DNA from: Aplysia californica
Taxonomy: Eukaryota
Reading direction: 5' to 3'
Assembly: GCF_000002075.1 (NCBI RefSeq)
Contig: NW_004797359.1
Location: forward strand, 1,073,137 to 1,137,136
DNA: 64,000 nucleotides
The translations under genes and the position numbers were made by a program. The notes under the pieces were generated by a model, which saw only the letters and a list, made by a program, of their open reading frames with translations, ran no database searches and had not been told where the DNA came from. Positions 40,001 to 50,200 of this stretch are shown here, piece by piece (the first letter of the stretch is position 1; every line of letters begins with the position of its first letter).

Positions 40001-43000
40001 GAAATATTGTGCTAGGATCTGTTTATTCTTATGTGTCTAATAGCTGTATGACGTTGATTTAGTGAAGTTTTTTCTTTTGTGGAAAAAAATTATAAGATGT
40101 TTCAGTTATCTCAGTATCATGCTCTCACAGTTGTCATGTAAGAGGCGTTCTTTATAAAATTAGTTCATTAATGATTCACTGATAGAAATTCTTTGAAAAC
40201 AATCACGTTTATATCCATGTCTTCTCAGGGTTCCCATCCTACAGGCCAGTCCCGGCCTCAGTTGTCTCGAGGTGGACCACAGCAAACCATTCAGGTCCTG
40301 ACCCCAGGACCACGGTCCCCTGTAATTGGCCAGCTGAGACCTGCATCTGCTCCTGCTTTTCGAAGTCCCCCCCAACCATCACAGGGCTTTGGTCCAAGGG
40401 GTCCTCAAGGGGCAAGGCTGCGAAGTCCAGCTGATCCAAGGTTTGGCGTACCTCCTCAACTCACTGGACCAGCAGGAGTCAGGGGTCCTCCACCAGGAGT
40501 TTCACAAGAGTTCAGGAGTCCAGCTCCGAACCAAGAGGTCAGATTTAGAGGAGCTCAGCCCTCCAATCCTCCTCCGAACCAGGGCTTTAGGGGGCCAGCT
40601 CCCCGGTCAGCCCCAGCTCTGGGATCTGCACCACCACAGTTCAGAGGACCCCCTCCAGCCCAGCCAGCTCAGAGGTTCCAGTCAGGACCCTCTCAAGCCC
40701 CACCCACTCAGAGGTTCCAGTCAGGACCCTCTCAAGCTCCACCTGCTCAGAGGTTCCAGTCAGGGGCCCCTCAAGCCCCACCCACTCAGAGGTTCCAGTC
40801 AGGACCCTCTCAAGCCCCACCCAGTCAGAGGTTCCAGTCAGGACCCCCTCCTTCAGGACAACATCAGCCTGCTGGGCAGCCTCCCCCTCAGCACCCACGC
40901 TTCTCGTCCCCACCACCTGCAGCTCAACCTCCGTATGGCTATGCTCCGCCTCCCACTCAAAATCCTAGTTTGAACCCTCCATTCCAAGCACGAGCAGCAC
41001 CCTCCCACCCTCCCCCGAGGCCCCCGCCTCCTGGACAACAGTATGGACAACAACCCTACCAGCAAGCAGCCCCAGCAGCACAGAGCTATCACGGCACACA
41101 GTACCAGCCCCCAGCTAGCCATGCCCCTGCGGAAACCCTGCCATACGCTCACCATCAAGCGCCACCACCACCCACAAGCCATCTCCATGCGGCCCCCCCA
41201 CCTGTCATTCAACATCAGACGGTCCCTCCCCCCCATCATGCCGCCCCTCCGCCTCAGCAGCTTCACGTAGCCCAGCCGGGCGTACCTCCCACAAGCTACC
41301 AGGCTCCCAGCTATGCTCAACCTGCCCATGTGGCACCCAACTATGCTCAGCCCACCCACGCCGCTCCCACATATGCCCCTCCCACTCACCATTCTTATCC
41401 CACCCATGCACCTTCCACCCAACATGCCCCCCCTCCCTCCTCCCACGTTTCTTCCACGTACGCCCCACCCAGCCAGAGCCAGCAGTACCCAGCCTCTACA
41501 GCTGCCACCCAGCAGTACAGTCACGTGTCCCAGGTTTCCCACCAGTACCAAGACCAGCAGGCCTTGTACAGCCAGTATCAGACACCTCAGCAATCTCACT
41601 ATGACTACTATTCAGAAGGCCAACAAATTCAGACCATTTCTTCTTTGGTAAGCAAAGAAACATCTTATAAATAAAACAAAAATAACTCTTTTCTGCTCTA
41701 ATATTGTCAGCTCAGTAACAAAATAATAAGGAAAAAACACTGATTTATCAGTGCAAGGGGCAATATGAATAATTTTTCGGCTTTGTAAACAGACACTCAG
41801 TTTCAAGCATTTGAAAGATTCTCTCTCTTGTTGTCTTCTTCTCGGCCATGTCCATTATGAATTAATGGGCAAGAAGTAACCTGCGATTTATTTTATTGTC
41901 TGGCACATATTCTTTTATATTGTTTATCCTTGCAAATTCTTTTTTTAATAATATTTTTTTCCCCTCTTGAGATTTTACATGGTTTTGAAGTTGAAATTTT
42001 CCATGATTTTCAGGGATTGATTTTTGGGTTTCTTTTAAACTTCAACAGATTGTGAAAACGACTTGGTGCTTTTTTCTCTGTTTCTTTTTTCTATTTAAAA
42101 AATTAAAGTTGTAAAAAAAATTTAATTAATTTTTTTCGGTAAAGCTTACAATTTTCAACATTCATGGCTCAAGGTTATCAGGCATGACACTGAACTCTTG
42201 TGATCTCTCCACAGACTCCCAGCACCCCAGCTGCTGACCAGCGCTCGGTTCAGCATCACAGCCCTGTGGGCCAACGGATACAGACCATTGCCCAGAGAGT
42301 GCAGCCGGCCACAGGACAGGAGATGCGCTCCATCATCCACAGCAACTCCTCACCTCGGCCCGCAGCTGTCACTCCGGCTACACCGAGTTCTTCGCGAGTT
42401 GTGCAGTCTCGTAACCAATATGGAAGTGCCCCGACTTTGACAAGCCCAGAGTCTAGGGTCAGTACACTTTTCCCCTGTGTGATTTGCCAGTCTTCAATAC
42501 TTTCAGATACTTTTCCGTATGTAGTGAAGTTCTGGCTTATGCTTAACAAGTGGCTGAGTTACTGAAAAAAAAATGTGTGTGTTTTCTTTCATGGCTTCTC
42601 CATTTTGGGTTGTTTTTGTTCTTTTTGTGTCATCATAAAACTTTTTTTTTGGTCTGAGCCTGTTGTCAATAGGTCTCCTATCATATGACAAATCTAGCTC
42701 TTATCTTGTGTCTGGAGTTTAAATCCTAATGTAGGCCTGACGTTGCCCTTTTTGAAAAGACATCTAGTGCAATTTTCCTCTTTTCCCCGAAGTGGAAAGG
42801 GGTATCTAGATCAGTCAAAAAAGGTCTTGTATGTATGTTCATGTTTGAAGGAATGTAAAAGAGTGGCTTGCACGTACATTTCAAAGGAGGCTAGGAATGT
42901 GTTGGAATGCTATAGGGCCTGACAGGGTAAATAATAAAGCACGTAGAGTCTACTTTTGAATAGAAATAGAACGGGGAAAAATGCAATTTGCTGTTCATTT

Positions 43001-46000
43001 ATGTCCTCTTCTAAGCACTTTTTGACCATTGCTGTATGGTACTTGAAGCAACTTAATCACAGTCGAGTAGAGGGAAAAAAACTGAATATCTATGACTTGT
43101 ATGTTCACAGCTGGTTGTTGACAGCAATGTGCCAGTGCTGGAGGGACCCCAGAAAATTCTTATCCAGAATGTTCCGCAAATGGCCACAAGGGAGACGCTG
43201 ATCAAGATCTGCAAGCATTTTGGACGAGTTCTGGTATGTATACTGGCCCTTTGCTGCTTGTTTGGAAGTCCTCTTTTTTGTCTTTAATTCCTCAATAGTT
43301 ATGGTAGTGGCAATCAAATTTTCGTTGTTCTTACTGTGGGTAATGATAAGGTTTACAGTTTCGTCTGTTTGAGGCGATTTTTATATGAGATTTGATGGTC
43401 TATGGTCTCCACTCCCTTGCAAGTATGACTTGTATACAAGTATGGTTTGGTGTATCTTTTTCTTTGAACAAAACTGCTTTCTCTTTCTCCTGGAGCTGTC
43501 TCTCTAGCATGGATCTAAACTGGGTTTTTTTCTCACTATTTTCAGTTTTTTTTCTAGAACTTTGTGGCAAATGCTACGAATATATCATGCCTTCCATTTC
43601 CACCCTTAAATTTTTTAGCTCAGGTTTTTTCAAAATAGGCTTATTAGACCAGACAGATGTTCATGTTATAAATAAATACATTTGAAATTGAAACCGTATG
43701 TCATGTAATGTAGCCAGTCAACTTAGGTACATGAGACTGAAAATAGTGCCTTGAGCAAAGTTTTTGAGAATGTTCTTTTTTAGTGATAATACTTTGAAGC
43801 AAGCTAATATGTCCCTCGGAAAATCCCCATGCTGTCAATGCTAATGTTAATATCAATACAGCAACTTGACTGCTCTCATGATTTTTGTCTGTCATTTCCA
43901 GTAGCTTGTGTGTCAAAGTTAAACTGGCTGCAGAACATGTTGCAGGCAATTGTTTTCTCACAGATTCGCTTTTTAAAAAGTCGTTTAAAAATGTCAATCC
44001 TTCAGGGACTGAACCTGCTGCGAGAACAGAACAAGGCTGTGGTGCAGTTTGAGACTGGAGCTCAGGCTGCCAAATGTGTCAACAAGTGCAACCAGTAAGT
44101 ATTGATATTCTCAGTGACTTGGCCGTACTATGTTCAGACTATAAAAATCCGCCAGGAGGGTTGTATGCGCACCAGCTTGCTATTTTCAGTGCTTCTACTC
44201 TTCTGTATTTTTACGGAAATCCGTACTTTCTGCCAGTTCCGTATTTGTTCCTCCATCATTATCAACTCCCTCCGTAAAAAGCTGTGACAGCATAGGACTA
44301 CCGAAATTCCGTAGCAAAAGATCTGTACTCGCCTTCGTATCGTCTAGTACTAGGTATAAGTTACGGTAATTCTCTCGGCAACAAGTTAATGTTATAGAAA
44401 CCTGCCAGATTACGCATTTCCTGCGATCGGCCATTATTCCGCTATGCCCCATGCATTCATTGCGGGCTTGTCGGCAGTACATTTTTACCTGTGGATTGAT
44501 CAAAATCTGATGAACTTTTTGTGCCAATTTCCTCCTTTCTATCATTCACTCGTTGAACTCATTCCGTCTGTCTATCTTCGGATTGTTGCAGCGGCTGCAA
44601 AATCTGCGAGTTGATCAAGTAAATTGACTTGTGATCTTAGAAAATTACTGTCAGAAAGAAACTTTTTTTTACAAATTTGTCTAGATCTAGAGAAATGATC
44701 AGTACGAAGATTCTAAGGCATGGGACGATAAGGGCGGAATGAAAGAAATTTATGCTAAATCCAGCCTAAAACTAGTAAAGTCAAGAATAATTCGAAATAG
44801 TGTTCCAAGGTTGTGACATGTGACATTCAGGCGTGAAATTTAAGGAAAATGAGGGTATACGCCGGATAACTGTATTGTGAAGGTACATATCTATTCCTTA
44901 TTCCCAGGTTTGCCTTCTATCAATGGTGCGATGACAAATTAATTGGATTATATATAGTAGCAATTGAAGGGGAACCTGCTTTTAAACATTGCCATCAATG
45001 GAAATATATTATGTAGATCTTGGGGAAGAAATCAAACAAGACAAAATCTTGGTAAAAAAATTAATGTTATGGTTTGCAGGCATTCTCTTCAAACAGGCTC
45101 ACAAATGCCATTTTCGACCCTCTAAAAGCACTAAATTTCAATTTGTTCGGAGGCTTCGCCCCCTGAACCCTCACCGGGACTCTGTCCCTGGACCCTGCTG
45201 GGGGCCCCCGGACCCCCGGCAGAATTTTCCTTACTTTCCAGCTTCAGCTGGTGGAAGCACTGTATTTTATACTTAACGTTGTAGAAGTTCTCTTACTTTC
45301 CTTTTCTTCATATTTTCTTCCTATAACTCCTCTAGGCTACAATTGTCGACATTGTCTTGGTATCAGGGAATCAAGGGGCTTGCTTAAATTATGCATACAG
45401 TAGTCTCCGCCTAAGGTCGCGGTGCTCATGAGCTAGGAAAATGCGGGATCTTAGGTGAACGAGATCTTAGCTGACATACCATGGTGAGAATCTGTAGTGA
45501 CTCATGTTCAGGCCCACAATTGGTTAAATAGTCTTATGGTGAACAAAGAGTTGGTGACTTTGTTTACCGATCGCAATGGCATGGCAATTTTTACTTATCC
45601 AACTGTGAGTCTCAAAATCTATGCTGATCCTAATGCTCCTCCCCTTTACTAGTCCAGAATTTTTTGCTTTCCATCTTTGACCGAGTTCCCCTGCCTCTGT
45701 AGCAACGTACCATTGTGTTGTGGCTGCACTGATTAAAATTCAGTTTGTTTTGCAAATTCGAGAGTAGAGGCAACTCGTACAATAGTCCGGGAAACACACG
45801 CACCAAAAAGTTCACAGTTCGATATGATCTCGTCGGATGCCAACTTTTCGGCCCTAATCACCCACCAGCATGTAATGTAAGTTTAGATAGAGAGTTCAGA
45901 TTCGAGTGCAGTGTTTGGGGAAGACAAATGTGTCGACGAGTTCTCACCTCAGTGTGATCTCGTCTGAGGCAAATATTGTACCTTCTGTCAAGATTTACAA

Positions 46001-47273
46001 TGGAGATGTGATCACATTCACGAGAGGGGCTGATCTGTGATGCAACGAGCCCAAATTTTCGCTGCTTGGTTGATCAGCTGTGCCTTCTTGGGTTATTGTT
46101 TCCCAAATTATATCTGAATGCAGGATCTTCGCTGAATCTAGTCCTTCAGAGTGGGATCTTAAAGGTGACTTTTGTGTCGGAAAAAATGTGTTTTCTTAAA
46201 ACAATGTGATCTTAAGTGAACCGGGATGGAAAACGGTGGAATCTTAGGCGGAGACTACTGTACAGTGTACTGCCTTATCAGTGATGAGTATGCTACTGCA
46301 TATTTTTTATAGAAACTCAAAACTGCATAATTTTATGCGAAAGCACAAGTGTTTCGGTTGTGCTTTTAATTTCGGTTGTGCTTTCAATGTATCACTCCCT
46401 GACTGCATATTCTCTGTGCTGGGCTTGTTAGCCTGGATAAACTGTGCAAATGGTTGTTAAACGTTTTATTCTTTTTCTGTCCCTTTGTAACTGTTTTCTT
46501 GTTTCTTCTAGAGCTATGCAATCATCAGTGACAGGTTTTCCACTTTTTAAACCAGGTTCGCTTTTTTCTTTCTCCTGTTGTTCTGTCATGAAAAGTGTCT
46601 TTCACTTTGTAAAAAAAACAGCTTTTCAGTTGCTTTCCTTTTATGCAAATGATGAAGTCAGTAAACTTTTCAGGCTTGACTGCTGCCTTTTTAAAAATTG
46701 TTTTACAGGAAAATAATGAATACTTGGTTTGTGACGCGTCCTGTCAGTTTCTTTTCTTTTCCTTTTTTTTTGCAAGAGTCAAGCCAACTGCCAGTAAAGT
46801 GCCCCCTCCCTTTTGTTAACATTACACTTGTCCTATAACCCCAGTCCTTGACACTAACACCCCAGGAAAAAGGACTGTCCTTAGCCATGGTACAATTTTT
46901 ATCTTGCATTTCTCTTCATTTGCACTTCCTAGATATTTAAAAAAAAGATCTCTGTGAAAATGGTTACAAAATCCAGGTGGAAAATGGGTAAAAAAACAAC
47001 CCAGGAAATCCCCCCCCCCCCCTCCCCTTATCCCCCATGAGTGGGAACCCTGGTGGTAACAGTTACCTTGAAAGTGTTGGGGTCAACACACATTTCTGAC
47101 AATCCATCTCCTCCTGAAGATTTTCTTTACAGTGACGCTGTGGTAACTTTTTTAGTCAGCAGAAATATGCCACCAATTTCTTTGATGCGGTAGGGGTCAA
47201 CATACATTTCTGTCCTTCTCTCAGGAAATGTCTGCATAAGACAAGGATCTCTGTGAAACTGCTGGCCAACTAG
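24972..47273 (+). CDS. RBM33: RBM33-like RNA-binding protein (whole spliced CDS: 20 coding exons, 4446 nt, 1481 aa; extra exons could hide in N-gaps)
   Basis: All 20 exons are GT-AG bounded and join in one open frame from ATG 24972 to TAG 47273. The motifs ESDDEDSRHNRGKFKTER..VISL...RASIPDTLEIDDEQAAQIEKF, KIYINPRFQG and DEESRQMKALLDEQKRRREIIMRRKEAARQRQA, plus a terminal RRM, match the motif order I recall for vertebrate RBM33 (RFKTERKEGTIIRLSD..RNIPETLE / NIHINPHFKG / EEQKRLREEILKQKE / C-terminal RRM). Confidence 0.85.
25490..25547 (+). CDS. RBM33: RBM33-like exon (SDEELLSDTSGITAFPKTTE)
   Basis: pyrimidine tract + aag|, gag|gtatgt; phases 2/0. Confidence 0.75.
25900..26021 (+). CDS. RBM33: RBM33-like exon (LDLLGDDGELDEDALLG...)
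   Basis: tttcag|, cag|gttaga; acidic; phases 0/2. Confidence 0.75.
26170..26350 (+). mobile_element. Old retroposon 3' fragment (second family) with the shared stem-loop tail
   Basis: Homologous to 48231-48403; tail CACTTATATGACCTTATTGTGTTGCAAATGCTGTAAAAC + A-rich. Confidence 0.7.
26621..26669 (+). CDS. RBM33: RBM33-like exon (QHSHLSRAKSSHAVGE)
   Basis: tttttcacag|, gag|gtaaga; phases 2/0. Confidence 0.65.
28094..28235 (+). CDS. RBM33: RBM33-like exon (VNTGVDEQAFVFEDTD...)
   Basis: cctcag|, cag|gtgaat; phases 0/1. Confidence 0.75.
28636..28729 (+). CDS. RBM33: RBM33-like exon (GSDHYPQEVGYQENY...)
   Basis: ttgcag|, cag|gtaagt; phases 1/2. Confidence 0.75.
29099..29273 (+). CDS. RBM33: RBM33-like exon (STVTSESQGEYGEMG...)
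   Basis: caacag|, cag|gtgagg; phases 2/0. Confidence 0.75.
29707..31183 (+). mobile_element. Non-autonomous DNA transposon, CAGGG-terminal family (copy B, intronic)
   Basis: CAGGGTC...GACCCTG ends; flanked by TATATA on both sides. Confidence 0.9.
31631..31690 (+). CDS. RBM33: RBM33-like exon (VHLEYADAQAGDQVLVTEDS)
   Basis: gcacag|, tct|gtgagt; 60 nt, symmetric phase 0. Confidence 0.65.
33986..34130 (+). CDS. RBM33: RBM33-like exon with conserved FKTER / IPDTL motif
   Basis: cctcag|, tag|gtaacc; phases 0/1. Confidence 0.85.
34671..35620 (+). CDS. RBM33: RBM33-like large Gly/Pro/Arg-rich exon (GRG, RGP repeats)
   Basis: cttatag|, ttg|gtgagc; lies within the 370-aa ORF; phases 1/0. Confidence 0.9.
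36157..36318 (+). CDS. RBM33: RBM33-like exon with KIYINPRFQG motif
   Basis: ccttag|, cag|gtaaat; phase 0/0. Confidence 0.85.
36555..37640. mobile_element. Unclassified CpG-rich intronic insertion
   Basis: Abrupt CpG enrichment inside a CpG-poor intron; ends not resolved. Confidence 0.35.
37954..38009 (+). CDS. RBM33: RBM33-like exon (GPTGITRTVRIGVPLQQK)
   Basis: ttttcag|, aag|gtttca (weak donor); needed to bridge phase 0 to phase 2. Confidence 0.65.
38485..38623 (+). CDS. RBM33: RBM33-like exon (RAKALLDKAIYTQKKGPG...KRKS)
   Basis: gtacag|, cag|gtttgt; phases 2/0. Confidence 0.75.
39204..39354 (+). CDS. RBM33: RBM33-like coiled-coil exon
   Basis: tcacag|, aag|gtattg; EQKRRREIIMRRKE charged helix; phases 0/1. 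Confidence 0.85.
39813..39994 (+). CDS. RBM33: RBM33-like exon (VKTGDAVG...IESRLGPPP)
   Basis: tttcag|, cca|gtaagt; phases 1/0. Confidence 0.8.
40229..41647 (+). CDS. RBM33: RBM33-like large Pro/Gln/His/Tyr-rich exon (473 codons)
   Basis: tctcag|, ttg|gtaagc; lies within the 493-aa ORF; phase 0/0. Confidence 0.9.
40666..40850 (+). repeat. Coding 42-bp (14-aa) tandem repeat xQRFQSGPSQAPP, ~4.5 copies
   Basis: CAGAGGTTCCAGTCAGG recurs every 42 nt. Confidence 0.95.
42215..42457 (+). CDS. RBM33: RBM33-like exon (TPSTPAADQRS...PESR)
   Basis: ccacag|, agg|gtcagt; phase 0/0. Confidence 0.8.
43111..43233 (+). CDS. RBM33: RBM33-like RRM exon 1 (KILIQNVPQMATRETLIKICKHFGRVL)
   Basis: tcacag|, ctg|gtatgt; RNP2/helix-1 pattern of an RRM; not shown in the ORF track. 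Confidence 0.85.
44006..44094 (+). CDS. RBM33: RBM33-like RRM exon 2 (GLNLLREQNKAVVQFETGAQAAKCVNKCN)
   Basis: cttcag|, cca|gtaagt; RNP1-like KAVVQF; phases 0/2. Confidence 0.85.
44187..45262 (+). mobile_element. Second copy of the CAGTGCTTCCAC-TIR element (intronic)
   Basis: CAGTGCTTCTAC...GTGGAAGCACTG; 6-bp TSD TATTTT. Confidence 0.9.
45398..46260. mobile_element. Tc1/mariner (pogo/Tigger-like) MITE
   Basis: TIR CAGTAGTCTCCGCCTAAG; TA TSD. Confidence 0.88.
47225..47273 (+). CDS. RBM33: RBM33-like terminal coding exon (QKCLHKTRISVKLLAN*)
   Basis: ccttctctcag|; phase 2 completes the RRM beta-4 strand (RISVKL); TAG stop. Confidence 0.8.
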
Positions 47274-50200
47274 ACCTTGAGATGCACACAGTATGGAAGC
47301 AGAAGCTGATCTTTGTTCAGTACATCATCATTCAGTCAGTGTGAAAACACTGACTTAGCCGAGGCATCTTGTGACTTCAGATTTGACAGAATGTTAATTA
47401 CTCTCAAAATATCTTTGCAGTGTGGATATAGACAATCGTTCTCAGAAAAGTTAAATTCTAGAAGGTAGAAACATGAAAAGATTAGAAAATTCTCCCTAGT
47501 TGTGGATATAGAATGGTAAGTATAAGTGTCAATTTCAAGGTTCCTACGTAATCAAAGATTAAAACTTTTGTCCTCCTTTGATTATTTTTTGTTTATTTGA
47601 AGTAAGGGTCAATACATAATTACCAGCTTCAAGTGTGAGCTTGTATCGCTAAAAGTATTGTTTGCCTACAAATAATAAGATTGCCTGAAGTCCACAAGAT
47701 ATGTTTAGCAACTGGATTTATGACACACATTTCATGGACCTAGAAAGTGGAAGAATTTCATGTATTTCAAGTTTGGATTTCTAGGAGTTCATTGATCATC
47801 AAATGAATCACCAGGTAAGCTTTTATGTCCACAGATCATAATCATTTTGAAATGTAAAACAATGCTTTGTTTCCTCCCCCCCCCCAATTTGTTGCATGTA
47901 TGTATATAAACAGGGTTGAGCCTTTGCAAGATGACCACCCTTTACTGAGGGGGGAAAAGGTAATTTTAGACAGGTTGTCCTCTTGGGTAGTGTTATTACG
48001 ATTTTTTTAAAAACAACACAAGGGGAAAGTTGGAAGTGGCTATTTGTAGAGGTCTTGGACAGGTTGTCGTTACAGCAGGTTCAACTGTATGGGTGTTGTG
48101 CTCCAGATTGGTTGGTGTTATCAGTGGATTTGTGCGGTTGGCATCATGTTCTGAAGGTTATCGGGCCTAAGTAAATTGTGGCTAGGCACTCCTCCTTTTA
48201 TGATTCCCTTCATCTAGACCTAATTTTGTGGGTGGTTGGCGGGCGCTCTGGTGTGGTTTACTCCTTCATTCCTATCAAACATCTACCATCCTTATCTTGA
48301 TTCCTTTTTTGTGTTTGTTATTCTTTGTAACACCTCTAATCTTTGGCACTTATATGAACTAATTGTGTTGCAAGAACCGTAAAACTCTGATTGAAACTAA
48401 ACAAGGACCTCATTTTTATTTTTTTCTGTATGTGATGTTTGCTTGAAAATTTGAATCGATTTCAGCTGCAATGTATCCTCTTTAGATTTGCTGTTAAGAG
48501 TTTTAGAATTTCACTTTTTGCTCCTAAGCTCTTCCATTCAGTTTTAGTAACTAGTGTCTTTACCGCTAGTCATATATGCATTAAATCTAGGGTTTCTTTG
48601 TCGATGAAGGAGACACTCTTTTGGTATATCATTTATTCTTTTTCTTCTCTCTGAATCATCTTTACTCCACGTTCAAAATTGTCTCAGTACTCCTGAGCAC
48701 TGCATTCTGTCATCATTTTATTTCCATCGAATATAATAGCATATAAGCAAGTCTATTTTAAGTTTAGCAAGTTAAACTGAACTTGTAAAGGAAACCCTGT
48801 AGGTGCACTTTTCCCTCAGTTGACATCATGCTAGACTGGTGCAGATGGCCCTGGTTCAAATTCCCAGTGGGGCATGCTTGAACTTCGATTGTTTGGGGCT
48901 TTTTTTAAAGAGTCTCCATCCACTTGACTAGGTCCTGTTGGAGATGGACTGAAATTCAGAAGCCCTGCCTATTGAATAACCTGACATTGTTGAAGGGGGT
49001 GTTAATTAGCTAAACCTATACAACTCCTAAGGAAATGCTGAGACCTTTAAAGTGTTTGCATTCATGGCAAAAAGTTAGATTTCCATGAGGAATTTCCCTG
49101 AATTTTGTCAAGCTCATTTGATTAATTGTTATTCCATCTATAAATACTGCCAACTTAACTTAAATAAATCATTAAAATGTCATGATTCATGGTACGCAAG
49201 GTTAGCTTACTATTATCAGGTAATGATGTTCTTCTTGATTAATTATGAAACACCATTTTTCTCATTTGAAATTACATCATCAATTTTTTTCTGGAGCTTT
49301 CTGTGACTCTGTGAATTCTTGACTATGTAACAATGGGTTTCTGATGACATTTTATGAAGTACTGTGTGCTGTTTCTGTATTGCTTGAAGGACATTTCAGT
49401 TTCTGTGTTTGCTCAGTACAAGTGTGTAACTTATATATAAGGAATAGTAGGAATTTTTCACATCCAAGGAATGGTGCTGCTGATGATGCAAGCATTTATG
49501 CCATTTTTTCTTTTTCTTGTAGATACATAGTCTTATTTTCTTTTTCTTCACTACAAACAGAAGCCTTGATTTTTAAAGCCGGGGTTGATATTTCATTGCT
49601 TATTCCTTATATTCTTTTTTTTTTTTTTGGCTGTAGAAACAGATTAATTGTATCAGGTCAGGAGTCCTGTCTTTGTGACAGAGGCTTCCTGGTCATAATC
49701 AGATCGATGTGAATCTATATGCACTGTATAATCACATCTGGTCATAATTATTGTAGTATTTGAATAATTGGTACCACTGTCTTTGGAGACAAAACAAATT
49801 GTCTTTGTTCATGTGTATTTCTTGTGCCTCGCTTTTATGATGATAATAATCCAACGGATGTAGAAGCCAAGTTGGCTCTAAAATATCTGTATATTGGCAT
49901 TAATTTGATTTTGTTATTTTATATATGTTTATGTCACACAAAAAAAAAAGGAATCCCCTACTGTGTTTGTCAGATCTTCAACTAGCCCGACATGTGTTGT
50001 TTTTGTTTTATGGAAGGTTTTATTTTGCATTTATAGGAAAGTAAATGTATTATAGACCATTTTATTGGTGTTTTTGTGACAAAGTTTAATAGTTTTATGT
50101 GTGTGGAATTACCACCTTTATTGAAAGGCGCAACATTTGTTATTGTCATGACATGACTAGTTTGAAATAAACTTCATTGGTAATTTCATCCATCCTAGGT

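Noticed and set aside
40853-41599. 248-aa minus-strand ORF and other overlapping ORFs at 35168-35512 and 40389-41651
   Set aside because: Shadow frames of GC-rich low-complexity exons, with no independent splice or coding support.
46281-46402. Intronic C/D box snoRNA (GTGATGA...CTGA)
   Set aside because: Terminal stem of only ~3 bp and no recognisable rRNA/snRNA antisense element.
25010-47224. U12-type introns
   Set aside because: No donor matches RTATCCTT; all look like U2 GT-AG introns.
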